This document shows, piece by piece, positions 13,662-24,898 of a DNA stretch of 64,000 nt; the first letter of the stretch is position 1, and each line of letters opens with the position of its first letter. Below the pieces are notes generated by a model. The model saw only the letters and a list, made by a program, of their open reading frames with translations. It searched no databases and was not told where the DNA came from. Source of the DNA: Oikopleura dioica (Eukaryota; Animalia; Chordata); assembly GCA_907165135.1 (NCBI GenBank), contig OU015569.1:372001-436000 (forward strand), given 5' to 3'. Both the position numbers and the translations under genes were made by a program.

Positions 13662-15384
13662 ATGTCGCGCTCGTTAGACGATGAGCGGCGGCACAAGAAG
13701 AAGAAAAAGAAGAAAGATCGCAAGCGCAGTCCCAGTCCTGAAAAGGTACTTTCAACTTTGCGTCAACACCTGAAATTCCATGAAAAATAAATCACGTGTC
13801 TCTCCATGAGTTCGTATAAGACAGAAGCCCGAGCGCAGATACAGCCAAAAAACGAGTGACCTAAAAAATGAGATTTTTGCTTTTCTCGCTACCTTATTTT
13901 TCCGCAGCCTTTTTCAACTTTGTCAATTTTCTGGAGCACGAAAAAGATACGAGTAATTTTGAAGATAGAGTTTTCGGAACGAGCAGGGAAATGTCCATAA
14001 TCTTTTTCCAATAATGGGATTCTGTGGGGTCTTTCAGCGAATCAGAAACGGTTATTTGTCGCTTTGCCCAATCAAAAACGAGCTAAGCTTGGCAATTAGT
14101 CAGTTTAGTTTTCCAAAAACCCATATCTAGTATTCTTGTCAGAATGAGTCCTTGTTGATATCAAAAATCAAGAACTCATCACTTACTCTTAGTTACAGTC
14201 TGTTTCCCCAGTAAAAGGAGCCATCTGATTTCAAAGTTGAACGAGCGGAATCAAGCGCGTCTCTCGATGCTCAAGAAAAAGCGACTCTGTAACTTGTGGA
14301 ATAATTCCGCCGTCACTAACCAAATCCAATTATACTATTGTGCACCTTTCTCTCAAAATCAATCAAAATAAACTCTTTCCAAAAATCAACTTTCTTTTGC
14401 TAGGAATTGGAAGTATCGCCACCCAAAAGAGTAAAAAGAAAAGCGCAGGGAGCCAGAACCGGAACCAGAGCCGGCTCCAGAATCGCCAGAAGTGAGTAAA
14501 GAAAAAAGAAGAAGAAGAAAAAGAAGAGAGAGGCGGAGAAAGAGGAAGAAACTGCGGCACCACCAGTTGAGCCAGTGAGAATCACAGCGGACGGTTAGAG
14601 CTTTCATTTCTACTGCGTGTTGCTTCGTCAACGAAAAACTCCATCCGGCCCTCTCATTTGCTGATTTTCTGTTGACTTGAACAGAAAATCAGCAAATGCG
14701 AAGGCCGGATAGAGTTTTTCGTTATCGAAAACCGATGTAGGGTTTTATTAATAAAAAATTTCAGATGTGGCATCAATGGCGAAAGAGGCAGAAAAAGAGG
14801 AGCTGAAAAAAGACATAGTCAACATGGGGCAGTACACAGGAGCGACGCTAGAAGGCGGAGAAGCCAGACTCAACAAATTTGCGAGGTGCGCATTTTCGTT
14901 TTGCAAATATGGAAATGAATTTTCAGACTTTTGGGCGGAAAGAAAAAAGAATCAAAGGGTTTATTCGCCGCGAAGAAAGGAACACGGGCTTTTCGTTCTT
15001 CTTAACCCGTTAACAGGGCAGTGGGCTTTTGCCTACGCAAGAGCTTATCGGTGATTGATTCAAATCACGAATCCGCGCATGCGATTGGTTACTCATTTCC
15101 ACGCGTGGAGACGAAATCTCCACGGGCCTGTTAACGGGTTAACTAATGATCATTTGAACGCTAGAAAGTTGAAAATCCGTTCAAAGTTGAATCGCAAAAA
15201 GACAGCACGACAACGTAGTGAATGGCGAGGCGCTCAACAACAGACTAGAGGTAACTTTCAAAACAACTGGTTTTCTTCTTCAATTTCTTCATTCAATTTT
15301 CAGGAGCAATTCAACCGCGCGCGATCGTTCCACCACGGCTTTGGCCAGGGCGGCTACGGATACGGCCGTTCTTTCCAACAATGA
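13662..15384 (+). CDS. Lys-rich protein with C-terminal SMAP (small acidic protein family) domain, KNOP1-like
   Basis: Exon MSRSLDDERRHKKKKKKKDRKRSPSPEK, a Lys/Glu/Pro-rich middle, then GQYTGATLEGGEARLNKFAR-LLGGKKK and ALNNRLE-EQFNRARSFHHGFG, which resemble the SMAP domain. Internal exon structure is uncertain. Confidence 0.62.
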
Positions 15385-15563
15385 TTTCTTCCCTAACTTC
15401 CCTAATACGGGGTCCCCGTTTTCAACTCTGCCAAATCAAGAACTCAACAAAGAATACGCGCCTGTCCGAGGAGAAATCGTCGTTTAATATGGAACTGACT
15501 CTCTTTTGACCTGACTCTATCTGTTTGAAACTTTAAACAAAACAACTCGAATTCAATGATGAT

Positions 15564-15768
15564 CTAGGCTTGCCAACCTGTGTAGAAAACCTGAGTCAGG
15601 GTCTGCAAGAACTAAAAAGAAAAGCCGCGCAGGTGGCTTCGCTAGAATTTATGATAGATAGTAATGGTAATATTAGCGAAGCCGCTCTGCGGCTTCGTTT
15701 TTACAAAAGCCGCTGCGCGGCTTTTCAGTTCAGTTCTTGCAGACCTTGACTCAGGTTGGCGAGCCCAG
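15564..15768. mobile_element. Family A MITE, TSD ATGATGAT
   Basis: Perfect 8-bp direct repeat immediately outside both TIRs. Confidence 0.88.
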
Positions 15769-16051
15769 ATGATGATTTATTTTTATTGTTTTCTTGCAGG
15801 ATTTCAATCATTCCGTGATGATTTGTATGTCCTTGTCAATGCAGTCGAGGGCCTGGGAAAATCTGAAAAGGTGAAATAAACGATCGAATTTGTAATGAAA
15901 GAAAGGGTACCTTCTGAGAGACCTGCTCGTTCTTCCGTTTCGTGTTAGTCGATTTTCGTCGGTTCGTCTTTAAGTGCTGTTTTTTAGAGATTGATTTGTA
16001 GTTTACCTGAATTTCTGTTGAATTTCGATAATTCGGTTGCACGTGATTTGC

Positions 16052-16343
16052 TCAGAGCGCCCAGCTGGAATTGACAAGCGCCTTTCGACACTTTTTTGAT
16101 GCGTCTGAATTCACGATGCTTGAATTTTCAACTTGCGAATCTACCAGTCTCGGCCGCCGATTTTCGTTCGTGGGAATCGAGCTTCGTTCGGAAGACGCGC
16201 CGAATTCTTCATCATCATTTCTCATTTCAACGCGCTCCTGGAGTTTCTTGCATTTCAAGCACTAGATAGATAGTTGAAACTCCTTTGATCAATTGATAAT
16301 GCGTCTTTTCCAGTTTTACCTTGAAGCGTCGCAAAAGAGGCAT
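16052..16343 (-). CDS. Possible small 2-exon hypothetical protein
   Basis: MPLLRRFK|CLKCKKLQERVEMRNDDEEF...SSWAL* joins in phase through a GT-AG intron. I recognise no homology. Confidence 0.28.
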
Positions 16344-16546
16344 ATTGGCCAAATGAGGACTTAACCCGAGTTTATTCTCTTAAAAACATCCCTTTGCCAA
16401 AAATTGATCAACCTGTATAAGTCAAGGCTCCTGACAAAGGCTTAGTAAAGCTTTTCAGGACCCTTACTCAGGGTTCTGCACAGGTTTGCCGAGCTCAGTG
16501 GAAGCTCCACTACAGATTGTAGTACAGTAAGATTAGCTACTAGTAG

Positions 16547-16665
16547 CTGGGCTCGGCAACCTGTGTAGAAAACCTGAGTCAGGCTTTGAAGAGCTTTCAA
16601 AGCGGCTTTTCATTTTAGCTCTTCAAAGCCTGACTCAGGTTTTCTACACAGGTCGCCTAGCCCAG
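16547..16665. mobile_element. Family A MITE, TSD ACTAGTAG
   Basis: Perfect 8-bp TSD. Confidence 0.88.
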
Positions 16666-17082
16666 ACTAGTAGAAAACTCCATAGTTAGTTTAAACTCGT
16701 CAATAGTAAGCTGGAAATAGTGCCTATCACAACGTAGCAAAGAACGTTAACCAGCTCTGAAAAAGTCTTTTCAAAAAATCTTTCGATTAAAAAAATCAAA
16801 CCACCTAGCATCAGATTCAGAATAATGAATCTGAATCTTTCCTCCGAGAAAAATGAAAGATTATCGATTTTTACGCGACGAAATGATTTTTCTTTACATA
16901 AATTACGATTTTGGAATTTCTGTCTTTTTCTTTATTTTTATTTTTGAAATAGCAAGTTTTGAACTGGATATTTGGCAAGTGTTGAGAGAAGCATTGGAAC
17001 ATTCTTTTCGTTTTTTTCTTTTACAAATTTTAAATTTTATAGTTGTCATGTCTTTTTCTGATCGGTGTTTTTCTTGTCAGTT

Positions 17083-20000
17083 TTTAAATAGAAGTAAGAG
17101 TCGATCCTGCGGGCCGCTGGTGCAGGGATGAGCTAAGGCCACTACTCGTTTGATTCGCCGGGGTCATTCCCGTTTCACTCGCCTCCAGCAGCGACGATGT
17201 CGGCCGTCCGGAGCCATTTGAAGAGATCCGAGCCACTACTTTTGACCATCGCTGCGAAAGTTGCTAGAATGGAAATCAGCTTCTTTTCATGGCATTTTCT
17301 GTTATCAGAACTTTTCCAAGCAATTTGTAAAATAATTGCTGGGGAGATTTTTAAGGACGTAGACTTCGTTAACCCGGTTTTAGACGTTTTGAAAACTCTA
17401 ACTCCTAGTGATTACAAAAGCCGCGTAGCGGCTTTTAAATACTCAAAGACGCGGAGCGGCTTCGCTAGTTCTTAAGGCCCTAAAATTTTAAGGGTATCCT
17501 CAACGATTTTTTAATTCTAGTAAATCATAATAGACCATTATTAATGGTTATGTTGCGAAGCCGCTGCGCGGCTTCGTTCCTAGAAAAGCCGCTACGCGGC
17601 TTTTCATTTTGGCTCTTCAGGACCTTACTCAGGTTTTCAACACAGGTTCCAGCACAAAAATATAGAAGCGACTTTTTGAAGTGAATGAATTTTTGCTCGT
17701 GAAAATCGAGTTCTCCGATGGCTACGCCCTTAATTGTTAAATAATTTGTCAATAAGTTTGTACCTAAGAAGTAGAGTTGTTGAAATGCGAGTTTCGTTTG
17801 GTTAGTTCATGCTCGGTTTGGAGAGTGATTTCTCCAGTGGGAGCCTTTGAGAACAGCGCTTTCACGCGGAAAAGCTTGACTGAAAGAGGATTCCACACTG
17901 GTCAATTTCCTGGTTAATCTTTTCTTTTCTTTGTTAATTAAATCAGTTTGTTAGTAGTTGAAAACCCTCATCGAAACAACGCGAGTTGCGCGCTCGTTTG
18001 GCTACCTCTGAGACGCTGAGCTGGGAGTGCTGCGTTCCCTGGGAGTAGAAGGCGCTGGAATGGCGCTGCACCACGCGGGTGAAGCGCGACTTGACCATTC
18101 GCTGCACGTCTTTGTTCATGAAACAGTAGATTGTCGCGATAAATACGCCCTAGAAGGAAGTTAGGGGAAGGGTTAACTAGTGGAATTGCCTGGGCTCGAC
18201 AACCTGAGTAGAAAACCTGAGTTAGGTTTTGAAGAGCTAAAATCAAAAGCCGCGTAGCGGCTTTTAAACGAAGCCGCAAGGCGGCTTCGCCAACCAATCG
18301 ATTTTCTCTATTTTAAAATATTGGCGAAGCCGCTTTGCGGCTTCGTTTCAAAAGCCGCTACGCGGCTTTTCATATAAGCTCTTCAAAACCTGACTCAGGT
18401 TGCCGAGCCCAGGAATCGCCCCCTTAAAATTACGAACCTGTAAGTTTTGAAGAAGAATGAGGAACGTCGGGAACAAGGACTCACTACTCTGCGGTTTGTG
18501 ATACAACCCAATGATCACCGAAAGCCCAAACAGTGGCAGAAGAGAGCAGGTCGCCTTGACGGATTTTCTGAAAGTCGAAAGTTGAAAGTGTCGTTGTTGA
18601 TTTCAAAATTGAATTTGACTCACTTGAATACTTCGAAGTCGTTTCCAGCTGTGACGCGCACTTTCGTCATTATGATTCGAACTTAAAAGACAGTTTTCAA
18701 CTTTCTAGGGAAGAAAGATTACCGATATTGAGAAGAATGAAAAAACTAATGATGAGCATGGCGAGCTGTAGGGCCGAAATGACGAAAATCTCGTCAAAGT
18801 CGTTTACGTTTCTCCACGATTTGGCCGACTGAATGAACTCGTTGTAGTTTACCACCGCCACTAGAAAAAGGATTAGTTACAGGTTGCCGAGCCCAGACTT
18901 ACATGTTGTATTGAAAAACTGCTCTCGATTTTCAAAATGCGAGATGGCGAGTCTTCTGTGGGTCAGAACAATCCACGGAACCAGCATCACAATCGGAACT
19001 CCCCAGGCGACGGCGACAAGAACTTTCATCTCGAATCGGGCTTTTTTCTTAGAGCGAGGGGAAAGAAGGAAATTGTTGGAAGCGGATTCTGGAAATATTA
19101 AAAGACGAAAATTACGTCCGCGCTCTTTTTTTATCATCAGAAAAATAGAGAAAGAAGAATTTCTCGTTTTTTTCTTCGCGAAAAGCCTTTCCTTGAGAGT
19201 TGAGCTTGGGTTGAAGACGTTCATGGCGATTTGGTACTGGAGGAAAATCGCTTCGATGAAGAACCAAACTGAGCCGACGAGGTAGAAGTACTGGTGGATG
19301 ATGTTCAGCGAAGCTTCGACTTGAGGATCATTCCAAGGGCTTCTGGACTTTTCGCTAGAAATTGGTGGTCCATAGCCATTTCCGGATGAAGCGTAATAAT
19401 CAGCAGCGTAGTCGTAAGAGTAGCTTCCATTACCGGTAGTATAAACTGGTAAATACTGCTGTGAGTCTTCCTGAACATACATTTGTGAGGAGCCACTTGC
19501 GTCTCCTGCAGCAGTTTCTTCGATTCCAGCAGTGATGCCTCGGCCAATGAGAAAGACAATGATGGAGAGGGAGTACTTGAAAATCCAGGCAATGATGAGA
19601 TTTTGGTGGATGAAGATTCTCGTGCAGCGCAGTGTCTTGACGTTGAAGAGGAAACACGCTACGATCAAGCACTAGAAAAACGATGTTTCTTATGCAGTTC
19701 AATTTTGGGTTCGGAAACCTGAGTCAGGTCCTGAAGAAAAAGCGAAGCAGCGTGGCTCTTCAGGACCTGACTCAGGTTTTCTACACAGGTTGCCCAGCCT
19801 GTGTTGATTTGTTGGGCGACACTAGTTATGTCGCTGAATGTCGGCAAATGTCAGGAATGTCGCCTTTTTGCCTTTTTGGCGACATCGACGACATTCGACG
19901 ACATTCGCCGACATAACCAGTGTCCCCGATTTGTTACTTACGATAACTGACAGAAGTGGTGGCCAAATACTACAGTGATAGTAAATCTTATCGAGAGTCT

Positions 20001-21020
20001 GGTGACGATCAAGTTCCGAGGTCGAATTTCGGAATATCGTCGGATCGGTCTCCATCAAGTCGCAAAGTGCATCGTAAGCCTTCGGTTCCCATGTTGCGTT
20101 TTCGTAGCACTTCCGCGAAGCATAATACTGAATCGGGCTGTTGTCAGCCGCCGTTCCTCGACAAAAGGAGCTGTTTGCAGCGGGAAGGGTCAAAGTGGGC
20201 GGGTCGTTGCAAATTGCCGTGTCGGCGTAGGAACATTGGTAGTAGAGGGTTTCTCCGGCGGGGATCGGGTGGATGCAGTGGAATGTGTCGTAAATGTAGT
20301 CGCAATAGCCTGAAAAAAGAGATGAAATATCAGAGGGCGCCCCTTAAATTGTTGTTAATTCGTGCTCAATTTACTCCCCTAAATTTTGTGTTAACGTACC
20401 CCTGTATTTTTAAACTGTTGAAAATGACGACGTGACAACGTTAAAATGGTACAAAAATGACTCATTTGCGATGTCACGTCGTCATTTTCAATATTTAAAG
20501 AATACGGGGGTACGTTCTATCAAAAGTTTTGGGGCACAAATTAACAACAATTTAAGGGGGGGAGCTTCTGGTATTTGAGCAGCTCACGGTTATTTATTAA
20601 TTAAAAAAGAGTCCAATCGTCAATCAATTTCCAAAAGGCAATTTCATCTGATTGATAATCCGATTTGAAATTGTTTTTTGAAAAAATAATTTTGTTCTAT
20701 TACGCGGCTCATTGAGCGAGATCATTTGCTTGATCGACGAGAAGCCACGAAAATCGACACTGGTCGGAAATTAAAAAACGGGCTGGGGCGGTAAATTATC
20801 GAAAATATTCGGTAATGGAAGATTTCAGTTCAGTTTTCGTGCGTTTGCGAGATTAGCGCTGAGCACTAAAAGACTGGTAGTCCGCCTGGATCAGGCGCAG
20901 CTCAAGTCCGATTTGCTGTCCTCGAACAAGCTCTAAACAACTTCGGATTAATCAATTTCGACAGGCGGAGCGTAATCGCCATTCCACTTTTCTGAATCAA
21001 GTCCAGAATCGTTAGGACCA
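17083..21020 (-). CDS. Class B1 (secretin-family) GPCR, divergent, CRF/PTH/calcitonin-receptor-like; 5' and 3' ends uncertain
   Basis: ECD YCDYIYDTFHC..PAGE..QC..ASRKCYENATW; KTLRCTRIFIHQNL; HQYF..WFFIEAIFL; AWGVP; FILLNIVRIIMTK; KATCSLLPLFG; LQGVFIATIYCFMNKDVQ. Confidence 0.88.
19814..19927. mobile_element. MITE with TIR GGGCGACACT and inverted AATGTCGCCG decamer arrays
   Basis: Inverted decamer arrays; lies in a GPCR intron. Confidence 0.7.
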
Positions 21021-24000
21021 CTCATTTTCTCTTCCAGCTAAATTGACATCTTTCTGACAAGCGATAGTGGAACGAGCGAAAATGGAAGAGATGCTCCTCT
21101 CAAGTTGCTTTTTCTCGTTACTTTTAATGAAAAAAGGTTAAAAAAAATAACTTGATCTGAGATCGGCAACCTGTTTAAAAAACCTGAGTCAGGGCCTGAA
21201 ACGGTCCGCGCGAGATCTTTCAGACCCTGACTCAGGTTTTTGACAGGTTTTTGAGCCAAGAGTATATCTGATGTTAGCTCGGCAACCTGTGTAAAAACCT
21301 GACTCAGGGTTCTGAAAGGACATCGATAAAAACCTCGTGGTTCTTTCAGAACCCTGACTCAGGTTTTCTACACAGGTTGCCGAGCCCAGAGTAAGGGTCC
21401 TAGAAGCTGCAAAAACATCGACATCTCAATCAATTTTTGAATTCTAGCTACAAATTCTGCGCTAAGTTGAATTCTAGCCCTTAGGTATTCAATAAGTTAT
21501 TGTTCCGGACGAGCTGCCGATTGAAAATCGTAAAACAGTCACATTAGAAAAGGAGTGTGACAGTTGATTTACGGCCGTTCTTTGAAAATTGAGTGAGCCT
21601 TTTAAAAATTGACTTGGAATTGATAGCCCCTTTTTTCTTCGTATATTTGAGCGCATATTGAGCAAACTTGACCGATACTTGAGCATTTACCTTCTTTGTG
21701 AGTTTCGGTCGCTTTTTCAAGCACTCGAATCCAGGCTGTCCGTGAAACTCGTTGTCTGTCCAGATCCATTCCACCAGCAGTCCGAAAATATCAGGGTGCA
21801 AGGATGTGTGCTTTTGTGGTAACAGAGGACTTTTTCGTCGAGCGAAGCGGAGGAGTTACCGCTCCAGTCGTTGTTTTCGCAAAACTGCTCCTGTCTTTTA
21901 ACCGGGCTACTCCCTTAATTACTGTTATTTCTGTAGTTTCTGTAGTCAGAAGCAAAAGCGGCAAGGCTTAGAGTTTCGATGAGGGAATAAGGCCCTTATT
22001 ATAAGGGTGTCACTTACGCCCGGCAATCTGTGTAGAAAACCTGAGTCAGGGTTTCGCAAAAACTAGAATGAAAGCCGCGCAGCGGCTTTTCAAAAACGAA
22101 GCCGCAAAGCGGCTTCACCCAAATTTCCATTTCAGTCTATATACAAACTGGGCTAAGAAAAATGACGAATTCAATCTATTTTGATCTATCAAAGCCTGAC
22201 TCAGGATTTCTACACAGGTTTCCCAGCCAAGTATTTAAATAGACTGAAATGGTAATTTTGGCGAAGGCGCTTCGCGGCTTCGTTTTTAGAAAAGCCGCTA
22301 CGCGGCTTTCATTCTGGCTTTTGCAAAACCCTGACTCAAGTTTTCTGACAGGAGCCAAGTATGCTTATTTTCGGAGAAAATTGCTCTTCTTTACTTTGAT
22401 CCTTCTTTAATTACTGAGTTGAAGTTAGAAGATTCGAAATAGAGAAATTCTAAATTGCTCTTTTGTCTGTTGCGAATTCAAGGTCAATATCAGCGCCGCC
22501 GAGAGTGTCAAAATTGCTCCTCAGAGCGAGCATAAATAATTGCTTTTGTTAAGGAGGGGATGTGCCCTATCAGCGTACGCAACACGGTATATGGGCTTAG
22601 AGAAGAGACATTTAATTAACAGACGACAGCCATAACCTTTGATAAAGTGCGGGGCAGGCTGTCACTTTCAATTAGTAGCTGCGCGCATTAAATATTCAAA
22701 TATTCACAAATAACAAAAGAGAAGAGGAGATATTTCTTAAGAATTTCTTAATTTTTCTTCGAAAATTCGGAAAAAAAAGTCGAAAATTCGGAAAAAAAAG
22801 TCGAAAAAAGGAAGAATCGGAAAATTGAAAAGTGCGTTATTTCGAATTTACGATTGGATCGGATTCGCCGTTTACGAGTTACGCGCTCCTGTTATTAAGA
22901 GAGCAGCCCGGACCCAAAGAATTTTTCTCTGAACTGGAACCAGGCTTCTGAGGAATTGTCGCCGACTGGCTCGAATAGCTCTGGAACCTTGTAGCACATA
23001 AACAGCTGGAAGAAGGAGCTCTTCTCTTTCTCTCTTCTGCTGCCGACGATGATGATCAGATGGGATAATAATTCCAGGAGCAGCGGAGCGTCTCTATTTT
23101 TGTTGTTTTCTTTTAGTCTCTTTCCGAGCGTGAAATAATCTCTTCGTTGATTTCTCTCTCTCTTCTTCGCGCTACTAGTCGAGGGATGGGCCAACTAGCA
23201 TCTTGTGCTGCTCCTCCTCGTGCTCTGCGTTTTTATCTTTCGTTTCTCCTTTTCCGCCAGCAGCATGCTCAGGCTAACCGCAGCGGCTGGGCTCAAAAGA
23301 TGGCGGTCGCTAAAAACGATGCTCGCTACTCTCTGCTCTGGGCTCACGAGCGCTGCCTCTTCAAGCCTCTCTCTTTTTCTCTCTCTTCGCTCAAGAGCTT
23401 CTCCCTCTCTCTCTCCGTTCTTGTTGTCTTTTGAGTTTTCCTCGTTGTTATCAGTCGCCAGTTCTGTCTTCCTTTCCTAGGCTCGGCAACCTGAGTAGAA
23501 AACCTGAGTCAGGGTCTGAAAGAACTGAAATGAAAAGCCGCGTAGCGGCTTTTAAAAACGAAGTCGCGCAGCGGCTTCGCGAAAAATGTAAAAAATTCTA
23601 GCGAAGCCGCTTTGCGGCTTCGTTCTTTAAAAGCCGCTACGCGGCTTTTCATTTCAGCACTTTCAGACCCTGACTCAGGTTCTCCACACAGGTTGCTGAG
23701 CCCAGCCTTTCCCTCCACCACTTCAGTCGAGTCAGCTCTCTCTCTTCTTCTTGCTCAGGTTTCTCGACGGTTGATTTAACCATTTAACAGATCGAGTTTC
23801 CCCTCGGGGGTCAACTAACGAGGGGACCTGACAATCGACAGCGAGTCGCAACGATTATCACTTAATTTTTTCCTTCTTTTTTTTCTCCTTTCGTTCAATT
23901 CGTGAATTCTTCAAAGCGCGAAAATAAATATTTATTTCGCTCTTTTTCTTGATTTAATTCCTTTTGTCAGGAAGCGAGAGCGTCAGAAGTACCTCCTCTC

Positions 24001-24898
24001 TTTCTTTCTTTTTCTTGTTGTTGAAAAGAGTTAGTAACTTGGTAAGTAACTCGTTAAGAGATTAAGGGGCTCTCTTTCTCTTTCTTTGGGAGAGAAAGAA
24101 TCGTTCCGAGATTGAGTGGGTGATTTGGGCACACGCCGTTGATCGATGACCGCGCAGAAGAGTGTGTGTATGTGTGCCCAGACCGTGTATAGTATTACGG
24201 CCTCCGTGAGAATGAACATCATTGAGCAGTAATTGTCGATTTATGACGACGCCACTTGTCGCCTCGCCACTTTCTCACTTCTTTTTTTGTTGTTTTCAGA
24301 AGGAGACAGAGAGATGTAGTTTGCGTTGTGTAGAAGACCTGAGTCAGATTCTGAAGGGGTTAAATGAAAAGCCGCGTAGCGGCTTTTTAAAACGAAGCCG
24401 CGAAGCGGCTTCTCTAGAATTTCTTATAGATTGTAATGGTAGTATTCGCGAAGCCGCTTTGCGGCTTCGTTTTTAAAAGCCGCTTTGCGGCTTTTTATTT
24501 CAGCACTTTCAGACCCTGACTCAGGTTTTCGTCGGAATTAGATTATAAATTGGAGATTCCAATTTGGATTGGTAATGTCGAAGCCGCTCTGCGGCTACCT
24601 TTTAAAAAGCCGCTAGGCGGCTTTTCATTTAGGTTTTATAGAGCCTGACTCAGGAGCCCAGAAATTGCCAGAAATTGGTGATCGTTGTTGACTCCATTAT
24701 TAAAAATAATTTGACATGTTTTACGTTTTCCCGTAAAACATCCCCGAGACTGACAGTAGCCACAACTACTGTACGAAAGAACATCAGTTCAACAGATTGC
24801 TCTTCAGTCGCCGCAAACGTTTCGTAGTCACAAGATATAATTTATAATTTTGGGCGGCTGCCAGTTCCTTTTTTTCAAGGAGTTTGTAGATTTTATTT

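Noticed and set aside
22895-23480. ORFs in the CT/GA-rich block upstream of the GPCR
   Set aside because: Low complexity, open on both strands, no recognisable domain; more likely UTR or promoter, though GPCR 5' exons are not excluded.
23520-23660. AAAAGCCGC-nnn-GCGGCTTTT hairpins as rho-independent terminators or bacterial contamination
   Set aside because: They are internal modules of MITEs located in spliceosomal introns of animal genes.
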